DNA from: SAR86 cluster bacterium
Lineage (GTDB): Bacteria; Pseudomonadota; Gammaproteobacteria; Magnimaribacterales; D2472
Length of the DNA stretch: 64,000 bases
Direction: 5' to 3'
NCBI GenBank assembly: GCA_018607365.1
Contig: JABBBT010000015.1
Span: 15,733-79,732, forward strand
Below the pieces are notes generated by a model. The model made no database searches and was not told where the DNA came from. It saw nothing but the letters and a program-made list of their open reading frames with translations. Positions 26,786-36,301 of the stretch are shown here, piece by piece; position 1 is the first letter of the stretch, and each line of letters starts with the position of its first letter. A program made the position numbers and the translations under genes.

Positions 26786-27137
26786 AAAAGGCTTCAGTCT
26801 TTTTGAAATTGTTATTGCTTTGGCAATTTTAAGCACATCCCTATTAGTAATTTATAACTTAATTTTATCTACGAGCGTATCTGTATATAAATTAGAAGAT
26901 CATTACTTGGCTAAAGAAGTAGCTAATAATAGAATCGCACTAATTAATACCATTGAAAAGCCCTCAAAGCCCATAAATAGAAATGGAATGGACCCAATGG
27001 GAGGCAAGAATTGGAAGTGGGAAGAATCGTTTTATATTGGAATTAGTGATGAATTTCTAGAATATGAGATATTAATTAAGTCTGAAGGCTCAACACAATA
27101 TATCTATAGAACAAAAGGATATTTAGTTAATGAATAG
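26751..27137 (+). CDS. gspI: Minor pseudopilin GspI
   Basis: Prepilin motif KKG|FSLFEIVIALAILS. Size and position are typical. Confidence 0.85.
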   Translation: MEKLKPKLLNTKKGFSLFEIVIALAILSTSLLVIYNLILSTSVSVYKLEDHYLAKEVANNRIALINTIEKPSKPINRNGMDPMGGKNWKWEESFYIGISDEFLEYEILIKSEGSTQYIYRTKGYLVNE

Positions 27138-27723
27138 GGGGTTTACAATAATAGAAGTACTAATTTCACTTGTCATACTTTCGATAATTACATTAATCAC
27201 ATCAAATATACTTAAATCATCTTTAGATACAGAGTATCAAACAACAAATTATCTTAATAAAATAAAAGATATCAATTTATCTTCAAGTAAAATCAGAAGA
27301 GATCTTAGGCAAATTGTAAACATCACATCTCGTGACTTTTATGGAAATAATATGTCTGGCAGTTTTGTTGCAAATCAAGGTATGAATTCAATTATTTTTA
27401 ATAGCAAAATTAGTTCTATTGCTAATGATGTATCTCCAATTAAAAGGGTTGAATATATTTATGAAGAAAAACAAATTAAGAGAAGACAATATTTTTCTTC
27501 AAATCCATATGATCAAAACCAATTTATAGAGTCATTGATCCTAAGGAATGTTGATGATTTAAGTTTTAGTTTTTTAAGTTCTAATAAGTGGCACTCTTTT
27601 TGGCCTGTTAACAATGCTTCATCAAAGCAAATACCAAGGTTAATTAAGATAGAATTCACTTTAGATAAAAAATCATATACATGGATAATTGAACCTAACA
27701 TCTCGTATGTATCTCAAAACTAG
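27130..27723 (+). CDS. gspJ: Minor pseudopilin GspJ
   Basis: Prepilin motif MNRG|FTIIEVLISLVILSI. 8-nt overlap with gspI. Confidence 0.85.
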   Translation: MNRGFTIIEVLISLVILSIITLITSNILKSSLDTEYQTTNYLNKIKDINLSSSKIRRDLRQIVNITSRDFYGNNMSGSFVANQGMNSIIFNSKISSIANDVSPIKRVEYIYEEKQIKRRQYFSSNPYDQNQFIESLILRNVDDLSFSFLSSNKWHSFWPVNNASSKQIPRLIKIEFTLDKKSYTWIIEPNISYVSQN

Positions 27724-28681
27724 TAATAAAGGGGTTGTTTTAATATCAGTCTTGTTAATAATTTTATTATTGTCATCTGTTGCTGTTGTTATTGGAAATA
27801 ATTATTTAATATCTTTAAAAAGAGCTACTTATCTTGAATTCCAGTCTACTTCATTAAATGTCTTTAAAAATCTTGAGTCTTTGGCATTAAAAAAAATAGA
27901 CATAGAGCTTAAATTTAATTCCAATAAGCTGTCCCGAAATAACCCCTTACTTAATAACGATTTATATTTTGAGACTGATGGAGGGATAGTTACTGCAAAA
28001 ATTTCAGATAATTCAAATTGTTTCAATATAAATGCGTTGGTTATTAAAAATAAAAAAAATTATATCGAAAATAAGAAATCAATAGATGCTTTTAGAAAAT
28101 TTATGAGATTTCAATCTGTTGATAATAATTTAATTGAAGAGATGGTCGACCAAGTTATTGATTGGATTGATCTTGACTCTGATCCTCGCGCATATGGTCT
28201 TGAAGACTATTTTTATTCTGGACCACTAAACAACCCAAAAGAATATACAGGAAGAAGATTATTTTTTAGTGTTGATGAACTAAAAGGCATTCCAGCTTTT
28301 AGAAAGATTAATTGGCAGATTATAAAAAATAATTTTTGTAGTATTAATACTAACTCAGAACTTACACTAAACTTAAATACATTAAATCTTGATGACTCTT
28401 ATTTATTGTCTTCCTTTTTTCCAAATATAGCTTTGAGTGAAGCTGAGTATATTATTGATACTATTCCTGATGAAGGCATTGAAAACTTCAACTCTTTAAA
28501 ATCTCTTCACCCTATGAAAGATTTTGAGGCGCAATATGGAAATATTAAATTTTCTTCATCAACCTTTGACCTTACTACTCTCATAACTAATGATAACTTT
28601 TCTGTTTTATCTATTAGCAAAATAATTCATGATAAGAACAAAAATAGCTATATTATTTCAAGAACATATAATGGTATTTAA
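27707..28681 (+). CDS. gspK: Minor pseudopilin GspK
   Basis: N-terminal KGVVLISVLLIILLL without Glu5. Motif DWIDLDSDPR...EDYFY typical of GspK. The ATG at 27707 is preferred over the TTG at 27689. Confidence 0.8.
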   Translation: MYLKTSNKGVVLISVLLIILLLSSVAVVIGNNYLISLKRATYLEFQSTSLNVFKNLESLALKKIDIELKFNSNKLSRNNPLLNNDLYFETDGGIVTAKISDNSNCFNINALVIKNKKNYIENKKSIDAFRKFMRFQSVDNNLIEEMVDQVIDWIDLDSDPRAYGLEDYFYSGPLNNPKEYTGRRLFFSVDELKGIPAFRKINWQIIKNNFCSINTNSELTLNLNTLNLDDSYLLSSFFPNIALSEAEYIIDTIPDEGIENFNSLKSLHPMKDFEAQYGNIKFSSSTFDLTTLITNDNFSVLSISKIIHDKNKNSYIISRTYNGI

Positions 28682-29830
28682 ATGAATACCTATATTGCAA
28701 ATTTTCTAGACAGCTCATGCAAATCCTTTGATTTATATTCTTCTAATAAAGGACTTATATCTAGTGAACGTTTCTTAGATATAGATGACTTAAAAAACCT
28801 AGATAATAGTTCTTTATTGGTAGTTTTAATACCTTCAATATTGATAACTTCATATCAAAACTTAAAAAATACAGGCTTATCTGAAGATATTAATTTAGCT
28901 AATTTTATATCAGATATTGATAATAAAATCGTAGATCAAATTTCATATAATGAGTTTCTTTTTCACGAGAAGAATGCTTTTATTATTAACAAGGTGATAT
29001 TAGAAGATTTAAACAAATCACTAACTCAGCTAGACATTAATATTATATTAATGCCAGAGTATTCTTTTTTTAGGCATGAGAATGACGAAGATGTAATATT
29101 TGAACTAAATAATAAATTTATTTTTTCTAACTCAGATGGAACTGGTACAAGCGTATCAAGAGATAATCTGGAACAATACTGTCAGATAATTTCTGAATTC
29201 AAGGATTGCTATGACCCTGTAATTTATAGTAAACATAAATTTTTAAAAGCAAAATATCCTCATTCAAGTTTTGTTACTTCTGGTCTTGAGGGCTTTTTCA
29301 ACCAAGACTTTAAAAGATTTCCTAACTTTTATGAGTTTTATTTGTCATATCAATCAGTAAAAAGAAAATTTAATTTTACTATTGCCCAATTATTTATAAT
29401 TCTAATAGGACTGTCTTCTTTCTTTTTTTTACCATCAATGCTTATTAAAAATAATAATAATAATGCATTGGTTTATAAAAAAGCGACATTTGATATTTTT
29501 ACTGCCATAAATCAAGATATCAAAAAAGTAGTTAGGCCGAGATCCCAAATAGATTCAATCATGAATCAAATTCCTTTAGATAAAGTAAATAATGTTGAAC
29601 TTCCATCTTTAGGTTTTCTTGATCAAGTTGGCGATGAGTACTTAGATCGAATTTATGTCAATTTTAATGACTCAACTGTTGTAATAGATATTAGTGGAAT
29701 GCCTTTAATGCAATACAATCTGACAAAAAACCTTTCACAACAATTTGGTGTAGGTATTCTTAACGAAGAGGTTCTATCACCAAACAACATTGTTTCTGGA
29801 ACAATAACATTGAGCCTGCTAAATGAATAA
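28682..29830 (+). CDS. gspL: Type II secretion protein GspL
   Basis: Position after gspK, ~380 aa, one central TM (FIILIGLSSFFFLP). Sequence divergent; the call rests mainly on order and topology. Confidence 0.65.
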   Translation: MNTYIANFLDSSCKSFDLYSSNKGLISSERFLDIDDLKNLDNSSLLVVLIPSILITSYQNLKNTGLSEDINLANFISDIDNKIVDQISYNEFLFHEKNAFIINKVILEDLNKSLTQLDINIILMPEYSFFRHENDEDVIFELNNKFIFSNSDGTGTSVSRDNLEQYCQIISEFKDCYDPVIYSKHKFLKAKYPHSSFVTSGLEGFFNQDFKRFPNFYEFYLSYQSVKRKFNFTIAQLFIILIGLSSFFFLPSMLIKNNNNNALVYKKATFDIFTAINQDIKKVVRPRSQIDSIMNQIPLDKVNNVELPSLGFLDQVGDEYLDRIYVNFNDSTVVIDISGMPLMQYNLTKNLSQQFGVGILNEEVLSPNNIVSGTITLSLLNE

Positions 29831-30266
29831 ACTATTAAAAAGCTTAAAATCTCGTGAAATTTATTTACTTATAGCTTCTTTTCTTTTATTACTATTATTT
29901 GGGGTTGGCATCTTGTTATCTTCAACTTATAACACTTACAACATATCAGTAAAAAATTTAGATAAAGAAAGGGGCGACTATGAATATGTATTTAAAAAGT
30001 CATACCCGCTAACTCAGGCCACCAAACAAGCTAATATAAATCTTGCCTTGGTGAATAAGATTATCCTTTCAAATGAGATCTATAAGGGTATTTCAAATGT
30101 ATCTCTTGAGGACTCAGATATGCTAGTCATATCTTTTAACTCAATTGATCTTGGTATGGCTATTCTGCTAGCCGAGGAAATAGTCAATTCATCCTCAATG
30201 AGTATTTTAACGATAGAATCAAATAGAGTTGATGAGGGCGTAACTATTAAACTTTCGTTTATTTAA
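29823..30266 (+). CDS. gspM: Type II secretion protein GspM
   Basis: ~147 aa with one N-terminal TM (IYLLIASFLLLLLFGVGILL). Overlaps gspL by 8 nt. Call rests on order and topology. Confidence 0.6.
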   Translation: MNKLLKSLKSREIYLLIASFLLLLLFGVGILLSSTYNTYNISVKNLDKERGDYEYVFKKSYPLTQATKQANINLALVNKIILSNEIYKGISNVSLEDSDMLVISFNSIDLGMAILLAEEIVNSSSMSILTIESNRVDEGVTIKLSFI

Positions 30267-31123
30267 TCTTTATAGATTGATATTTTTTTTGAATAAAGTT
30301 CGTGGAATGTTTTTACAGCAATTGAATCTGAAACTCCCCACTTTGTTGATTCAATATCCCTAATCTCAAGATTATTTATTATCATGAGATAAATTTTTAA
30401 AGCATAATCTATAACATCTGCTCTATCTGGCTGAAGTTTAAATTGAAATATTTTTTCTTCTTGATTTAAGGTAGTTAATTCTTTAGATTTTTTAATAAAC
30501 AAATTCGAAGTTATTTGTTTGCATTTATAGATATTTAAAAACGATTTTATACTTCCACCTAGTCCGATGAGTGTATCTATGTCACTTTGTTTATTAAGCC
30601 ACTCAGAAAGGCGCAACCATTCATTTTTATCGTCTTTACCGAGCATAGATCTTACCGCACCCAACTGAAAAGATTGAATAATATGGTCTCCATTTTTATA
30701 TATATAAATTTCAGTACTGCCACCACCAACATCAACGTAAATCTTATTTTTACCTTCTTGAGCTTTTGGATGAAACCGTATTAATTTAGCCTCTTCTAAC
30801 CCTGAAATAATTCTTATAGGATGGTTAATGTTATTCTCAACATACCTCCTAGCATTTTCTGAATTTGATGTATCACGAAATGCACTAGTTGCAACGATCT
30901 CATACATTTTAATATTATTATTTAAAAAATTAGTCTGATACTTTATTAATGTTTTAATGAGCTCATCTAATTTATTATCTGACAGTATGCCTGTACTAAA
31001 AACCTCTGCGCCAAGTCTTATTGGTGATCTTATGCCTTCAATAAAATCAATAGTTGTGGGACTGGTATTAAACACTTTTGATTTAATAGCATTTGTACCA
31101 ATATCAATAGATGCTATTTTCAT
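30263..31123 (-). CDS. ppx: Ppx/GppA-family phosphatase, short form (exopolyphosphatase-like)
   Basis: ASKHA-fold motifs IASIDIGTNAIK and YVDVGGGSTEI. 286 aa with no C-terminal HD-like domains. ATGA-coupled to ppk2. Confidence 0.75.
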   Translation of the reverse strand: MKIASIDIGTNAIKSKVFNTSPTTIDFIEGIRSPIRLGAEVFSTGILSDNKLDELIKTLIKYQTNFLNNNIKMYEIVATSAFRDTSNSENARRYVENNINHPIRIISGLEEAKLIRFHPKAQEGKNKIYVDVGGGSTEIYIYKNGDHIIQSFQLGAVRSMLGKDDKNEWLRLSEWLNKQSDIDTLIGLGGSIKSFLNIYKCKQITSNLFIKKSKELTTLNQEEKIFQFKLQPDRADVIDYALKIYLMIINNLEIRDIESTKWGVSDSIAVKTFHELYSKKISIYKD

Positions 31124-31962
31124 TCTGTATCATCACTATATTTGGTAATTATCATAAATTGCTCATAAGTAAGATTGTCAAAATGAACCCCCTCAATACT
31201 TGCTGAGTAGTTAGATATAGCTTTTGACCATTTCACTGGCTTTAGTATTTTTTTATTTTCATAATCCATCTTATTCAGAAGGTACCTTAAGGCTGTTAAT
31301 CTACCTATCATCTTATTATTTGAATTAATCATTACCCATGGCGATAGCTCAGTAGCAGTTCTTGAAAACATTTGTTCCTTATAGAAAGTAAAAGCATCCC
31401 ATTTAGTTATGATTTTTTCGTCGTTTTTAGATAATTTCCAGTATTTAAGTTGAGAGTTTTTTCTTGCGTTCATCCTTCTTTCTTGCTGATCTCTTGATAG
31501 TGAAAAATAAAATTTAGTTATTTCTACATTATTTAAAATATGATCCTCTTCCCATTTATTAACTCTACTCATAAATGTTCTATATTGATTTTCAGAACAA
31601 TATCCCATAATTGGCTCTGTTATTGCTCGCGTATACCATGATCTGTCTAAGAATGAGATCTCACCATTTTGGGGTATAACTTTCCCCCATCTTTGAAACC
31701 AATGAGATGACTCCCATTTAGATGGAATTCCTAATTGAACGTAGTTAAAATTATTAGGCCTCAAGTATTCAGAGAAGAATTTTATTGCAGAACTTTTTCC
31801 TGCAGTGTCTCTGCCTTCAAATACAATGCATAACTTCCTATTATTTTTAATAACATCTTCTTGAAGCTTTAATAATTCAATTTGAAGTCTTCTTTTTTCC
31901 AATGCATATGCTTTAGCATGAAGTCTTTTGTATTCCGATTGATCTAAAGATATAAGATTCAT
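31120..31962 (-). CDS. ppk2: Polyphosphate kinase 2 family protein
   Basis: Motifs FEGRDTAGKSS (Walker A-like), FLDRSWY and the lid region RMNARKNSQLKYWKLS. Confidence 0.8.
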   Translation of the reverse strand: MNLISLDQSEYKRLHAKAYALEKRRLQIELLKLQEDVIKNNRKLCIVFEGRDTAGKSSAIKFFSEYLRPNNFNYVQLGIPSKWESSHWFQRWGKVIPQNGEISFLDRSWYTRAITEPIMGYCSENQYRTFMSRVNKWEEDHILNNVEITKFYFSLSRDQQERRMNARKNSQLKYWKLSKNDEKIITKWDAFTFYKEQMFSRTATELSPWVMINSNNKMIGRLTALRYLLNKMDYENKKILKPVKWSKAISNYSASIEGVHFDNLTYEQFMIITKYSDDTE

Positions 31963-32002
31963 TTATATTTGTATTGTTTATTTCACTAAAAAGTAATTGT
32001 AA

Positions 32003-32020
32003 ATTCACATGAATGTAACA
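32003..32020 (+). promoter_or_regulatory. Pho-box-like site in the ppk2<>pitA divergent spacer
   Basis: ATTCACATGAATGTAACA. The exact 12-mer TCACATGAATGT (32005-32016) is identical to 20636-20647 in the phoR-gspC Pho box. A partial repeat ATTCACATG lies at 32034-32042. Confidence 0.5.
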
Positions 32021-32067
32021 ACCAGAAGTTCTAATTCACATGTTAAATTTATATAACAGGTAAAACA

Positions 32068-33330
32068 ATGGAAAATTTATTCTTAGATCCTACACTTATT
32101 CTTATTATAGCGGCTTTTGCTGGGTTTTTCATGGCATTCGGAATTGGTGCAAATGATGTTGCTAATGCTATGGGAACATCTGTAGGAAGCAAGGCCATAA
32201 CATTTAAGCAGGCTATATTTATTGCTGCGATCTTTGAATTTTTAGGCGCATATTTAGCTGGAGGTGAAGTTACATCAACTATTAGAAAAGGAATAGTCGA
32301 TCCAGATCTCTACATAGGAAAAGAAAATATATTTATTATTGGGATGCTATCTGCATTATTAGCTGCAGGTACATGGCTTCTAATAGCAAGCTCTAAGGGC
32401 TGGCCAGTATCTACAACGCATTCTATTGTTGGTTCTATAGTTGGGTTTGTAATAATATCAATGGGCTTTCAAGCCGTTTCTTGGGATAAAGTTGGAACCA
32501 TTGCTGCTAGCTGGGTTGTCTCGCCTGCAATTTCAGGAACAATGGCATTTTTTATATTTTTAAGTGCTAAGAAATTTATCCTAGATAGAAGAGATCCAGC
32601 ACAAGCGGCTGTATCTTTAATACCTCTTTACAGTTTCTTTGTAGCCGTAATTATAGGTTTAGTTACTGCTAGAAAAGGTTTGAAACATGTAGGTTTGCCT
32701 CTCACTGATAATGAGGTTGTTTTAGTTACAATAGCATTTGGATTAGTTGTCACAGTAATTACATATATTCTTTTAAATATAAACAAAGAAAAAATTAAAA
32801 AGAATGGTGTTGAATCAGCTTTTGCTGTTCTTATGATAGTTACTGCATCAGCTATGGCTTTTGCTCATGGCTCAAATGATGTAGCAAATGCTATCGGTCC
32901 AATGTCTGCAATAATTAGCGTTGCCTCAGAAGGAGCAATTGGAGCAAAATCAGCAGTTAGTCCCTGGGTTTTATTGATTGGTGGAGTGGGTATAGTTTTT
33001 GGTTTGGCTATGCTGGGAGGTAGAGTTATCAAAACTGTTGGTAGTAAAATTACTACACTAACTCCTAGTCTAGGATTTTCAGCTGAGATGGCAGCCGCAT
33101 CTACTGTTGTAGCTGCGACTTACATAGGATTTCCTATATCAACAACACATACGCTTGTAGGAGCTGTTATTGGGGTAGGTCTTGCTAAAGGTGTTTCTCA
33201 TCTAGATCTGAGCTCTATAGGTAGAATCATCCTTTCTTGGGTAGTAACAATACCTGCTGGCGCTACATTAACAGTATTGTTTTATGTTTTATTAAGATTT
33301 ATTGAAACCTTAATGACAGTAGGGGTTTAA
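32068..33330 (+). CDS. pitA: Inorganic phosphate transporter, PiT family
   Basis: Duplicated GANDVANA(M/I)G signature (GIGANDVANAMGTSVGS and HGSNDVANAIGP). About 10-12 TM segments. Confidence 0.9.
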   Translation: MENLFLDPTLILIIAAFAGFFMAFGIGANDVANAMGTSVGSKAITFKQAIFIAAIFEFLGAYLAGGEVTSTIRKGIVDPDLYIGKENIFIIGMLSALLAAGTWLLIASSKGWPVSTTHSIVGSIVGFVIISMGFQAVSWDKVGTIAASWVVSPAISGTMAFFIFLSAKKFILDRRDPAQAAVSLIPLYSFFVAVIIGLVTARKGLKHVGLPLTDNEVVLVTIAFGLVVTVITYILLNINKEKIKKNGVESAFAVLMIVTASAMAFAHGSNDVANAIGPMSAIISVASEGAIGAKSAVSPWVLLIGGVGIVFGLAMLGGRVIKTVGSKITTLTPSLGFSAEMAAASTVVAATYIGFPISTTHTLVGAVIGVGLAKGVSHLDLSSIGRIILSWVVTIPAGATLTVLFYVLLRFIETLMTVGV

Positions 33331-33344
33331 TTAATAGCTTAAAT

Positions 33345-33941
33345 TCAAGAGCTTTGATTAATCCAATTAAGTAAATAGGAAAGGCCCGCTCTGTGGGCCT
33401 CGATCCTTCCAACCTCATTTAACTCTCCGTTTTCTTTTGCATTTAATGCAAATACAGATAGGATAAGTTGAGTAAGTACTCTATAGACACCACTTTTATT
33501 GTACATGTCAGGAAGCTCAATATTTTTATCAATAAAGTATTCAATAGAACTTGCTAAACCATGCATAGATTCAGAGGACATTGGAGGACTTACTGTATTT
33601 TTTAAAATAATTAATTGAGCAGGTTTGGATGATCTAAAATATTCATACATTACCTCAACCGTCTTTAAAACAATTACAGAAACTTGATTAGTTTCAAGTG
33701 GCGTTAATTCCTCTCTAAATACATTTTCACAATCTTTAAAATAACCCTTAATCATCATTGCTTTTAAAGAGTCAGTTGTAGGAAAAAATTTGTAAGTAGA
33801 TGTTCTCTTTAGACCTGAATATTTTGCAATATTTGCAATTGTTATGGCATCAAGCCCATCTCTAAGAAGAATTGATTCGGCAGTTTGAAGAATAAGTTCA
33901 ACTCTTTTTTTACTTCTTTCTTGCTTGGCAATTATTTCCAT
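33345..33941 (-). CDS. TetR/AcrR-family transcriptional regulator
   Basis: N-terminal HTH (ITIANIAKYSGLKRTSTYKFFPT), ~200 aa, divergent from the porin gene. Confidence 0.8.
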   Translation of the reverse strand: MEIIAKQERSKKRVELILQTAESILLRDGLDAITIANIAKYSGLKRTSTYKFFPTTDSLKAMMIKGYFKDCENVFREELTPLETNQVSVIVLKTVEVMYEYFRSSKPAQLIILKNTVSPPMSSESMHGLASSIEYFIDKNIELPDMYNKSGVYRVLTQLILSVFALNAKENGELNEVGRIEAHRAGLSYLLNWINQSS

Positions 33942-34010
33942 TATTAGATTATGGACAAATGTTTAGAAAAGTAAAATACATAGAGTAAATATTTTTAAGA
34001 ATCACACTTC

Positions 34011-34050
34011 TATACATAACTTATTATATGTTGAAGTTATTTTATGTATA
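34011..34050. promoter_or_regulatory. Imperfect inverted repeat, candidate TetR operator
   Basis: TATACATAA(ctt)...(aagttatt)TTATGTATA. The 9-bp outer arms are perfect, with inner AACTT/AAGTT arms. Lies in the tetR<>porin spacer. Confidence 0.4.
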
Positions 34051-34105
34051 TAATTTTATTATTAATGATAATTGATATAAAGAACAACATTAAACATAAA
34101 TAAAC

Positions 34106-35056
34106 ATGAAACAAAATATTTACAAAACTCAAAAAAGAACTACTCAATCAAATAATAATTTTTCTATATTTTTTTTATTACTTTGTATGAGTACTATTAA
34201 CCTAACTGCTGCTGATGCTGAGATTTATGGAAAAATAAATTTAGATCGTCTTTCTACAGAAGTAGACTCTAAACCTTCTTCTGAAACTAATAGCAATGCA
34301 TCAAGGCTAGGATATAAGGCAAAGTTTAAGTTATCAAGTAAAGTAAATTTTCTAATTCAAATTGAAAATGAAATAGATGTCACAGACGGAAAAGCAGATA
34401 AAAATAAAGTACTTAAACAACGTAATACATTTATAGGTATTTCAGGTGATTTTGGAAAACTTTTTGCTGGAACTCATGATACTGCTTTTAAGAAATCACA
34501 ATTAAAAGTTGATTTATTTAATGACACTAAATCAGATATAAAAAACCTTTTTGTAGGTGAAAACAGATCCCAAGATTTAGTTGGCTATATATCTCCAGAA
34601 ATAATAGAAGGATTGAAGGTTACTCTTAATAATATCAAAACATCTAGTAAAAGTTATCAGTCCTATTCATTTGACTATAACGCAAACAATTTCAAATCAT
34701 CATTTGGAATAGATTCAGGTCTTAAGGGTTATGAAAGTAAAAGATTTGCTATTTTAAAACCAATAAATAACAGCACTTTTGGCTTTTTATATCAAGAATC
34801 TATAAATGTTGAAACATCTAACAAAGAATCAGGTTATGTTGCTAGCTTAAAACATAAATTATCATCAAGATCTTCTTTAATGTTTCAAACATCCGAGTCT
34901 GATATCAAGCTTATTGGTGGAAAGCAGAATGCTGTTGGGTACTCATACCAATATAATTCAATATTAAAATTATTTACAAGTTACTCTAAAAGATCACAAT
35001 CAGATAGTTTAAAAAATAAAAAAATGATTAGTGTAGGGTTTGAACTAAAGTTCTAG
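34106..35056 (+). CDS. Outer-membrane porin (Gram-negative general porin-like beta-barrel)
   Basis: Signal peptide ending TAADA. Mature start EIYGKINL. Alternating amphipathic strands. C-terminal ...VGFELKF (terminal Phe). Confidence 0.7.
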   Translation: MKQNIYKTQKRTTQSNNNFSIFFLLLCMSTINLTAADAEIYGKINLDRLSTEVDSKPSSETNSNASRLGYKAKFKLSSKVNFLIQIENEIDVTDGKADKNKVLKQRNTFIGISGDFGKLFAGTHDTAFKKSQLKVDLFNDTKSDIKNLFVGENRSQDLVGYISPEIIEGLKVTLNNIKTSSKSYQSYSFDYNANNFKSSFGIDSGLKGYESKRFAILKPINNSTFGFLYQESINVETSNKESGYVASLKHKLSSRSSLMFQTSESDIKLIGGKQNAVGYSYQYNSILKLFTSYSKRSQSDSLKNKKMISVGFELKF

Positions 35057-35078
35057 ATTCAACGTTTTACTTTCTCTT

Positions 35079-35097
35079 AAGGCTCCTATGGAGCCTT
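35079..35097. terminator. Bidirectional hairpin terminator between the convergent porin and epoxide hydrolase genes
   Basis: AAGGCTCC-TAT-GGAGCCTT followed by ATTTTATT. Overlaps the stop codon of the minus-strand gene. Confidence 0.65.
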
Positions 35098-36214
35098 ATT
35101 TTATTAACTTTGATATAAAATTTACTATGTCTTCAGCCAAGACTTCAGGCTTTTCCATGGCAGCAAAATGGCCACCATCATACTCATTCCACTGAACTAC
35201 ATTATAGATTTTTTCAGCCCAGATTTTTGGAGGTATCATAATATCTTTTTTAAAAATAGCACCAGCCATTGGTTGAGAGACTTTATTAAATGAAAAGCCA
35301 AACTCCCCATTTTCCTTATATAACCGCGCTGATGAAGGCGCTGATTCTGTAAACCAATACAATGAAATAATACTTAATACTTCATCATTCGTAACAACTA
35401 ATTTATTAGTCTTTTCATCAAACCAGCCATAATATTTTTCTGCAATCCATGCAGCTAGACCAACAGGTGAGTCATTTAGACTATAGCCTATAGTTTGTGG
35501 TTTTGTTCGTTGTATTTCATAGTAACCGTATCCTTGTGTTTTATATTTATTAAAATTTTCTAGTAACTTTAATTCATTTTCGGTAACGCCTTGCATAGGA
35601 TCTTGATTATCAGGAGGGAATGCAATTACAAGGTTTAAATGAATACCAATACAATTATTAGGATACAGCTCTGCCATCCACTTACTCACAGTTGCACCCC
35701 AGTCACCGCCTTGAACAATATACTTATCATAATTAAGAGCACACATTAACTCATGTTGAATTTTTGCAATTTTCTCGGAATTCATCCCTTTCTCAGTTGG
35801 CTTGTCAGAAAATCCGAAACCTGGCATAGAAGGGCATATTATATCTATTGGTATTTTTGATTTTCTATGGATTATAGGAATAATTTTTAAAAATTCTTGA
35901 ATGCTGCCTGGCCACCCATGAGTCATAATAAGGGGAACTGCTCCTTCTTTATCTGATTTAGAATGTAGAAAATGAATTTTAAGTCCAGAATTGGATTTAA
36001 ATTTGTAACTACCAATTTTATTTATCTCATCTTCATGAGCCCTCCAGTCAAAGGAGTTCAACCATTCATATGATAAGTCTTTTAAAAAACTCATTCCTGT
36101 TCCATATGACCAGTATTCATCATTTATCTCATCGGGCCACCTTGTAAGGGTTATTTTTTGATGTAATTTTTTTATTTCGTCGTCAGAAATATGAATATTA
36201 AATTTTTCTATCAT
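35096..36214 (-). CDS. Epoxide hydrolase (alpha/beta hydrolase with N-terminal EH domain)
   Basis: N-terminal FNIHISDDEI...LTRWPDE. Oxyanion HGWPGS. Nucleophile GGDWGA. C-terminal GGHFAAME. Confidence 0.8.
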   Translation of the reverse strand: MIEKFNIHISDDEIKKLHQKITLTRWPDEINDEYWSYGTGMSFLKDLSYEWLNSFDWRAHEDEINKIGSYKFKSNSGLKIHFLHSKSDKEGAVPLIMTHGWPGSIQEFLKIIPIIHRKSKIPIDIICPSMPGFGFSDKPTEKGMNSEKIAKIQHELMCALNYDKYIVQGGDWGATVSKWMAELYPNNCIGIHLNLVIAFPPDNQDPMQGVTENELKLLENFNKYKTQGYGYYEIQRTKPQTIGYSLNDSPVGLAAWIAEKYYGWFDEKTNKLVVTNDEVLSIISLYWFTESAPSSARLYKENGEFGFSFNKVSQPMAGAIFKKDIMIPPKIWAEKIYNVVQWNEYDGGHFAAMEKPEVLAEDIVNFISKLIK

Positions 36215-36301
36215 TTTATAAAACGGTTGTTCATCTTGAACATACTATATGCGAAACTAATAATTAAAGTAAAATATCCTTATTAACTTCTATCTAATAT
36301 T

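Noticed and set aside
20922-30266. Alternative reading of the gsp cluster as a type IV pilus or Tad/competence system
   Set aside because: The gene order C-D-E-F-G-H-I-J-K-L-M, the HR-domain protein before the secretin, a GspK lacking Glu5, and the absence of pilM/N/O/P, pilT and tadZ-type genes all fit a T2SS.
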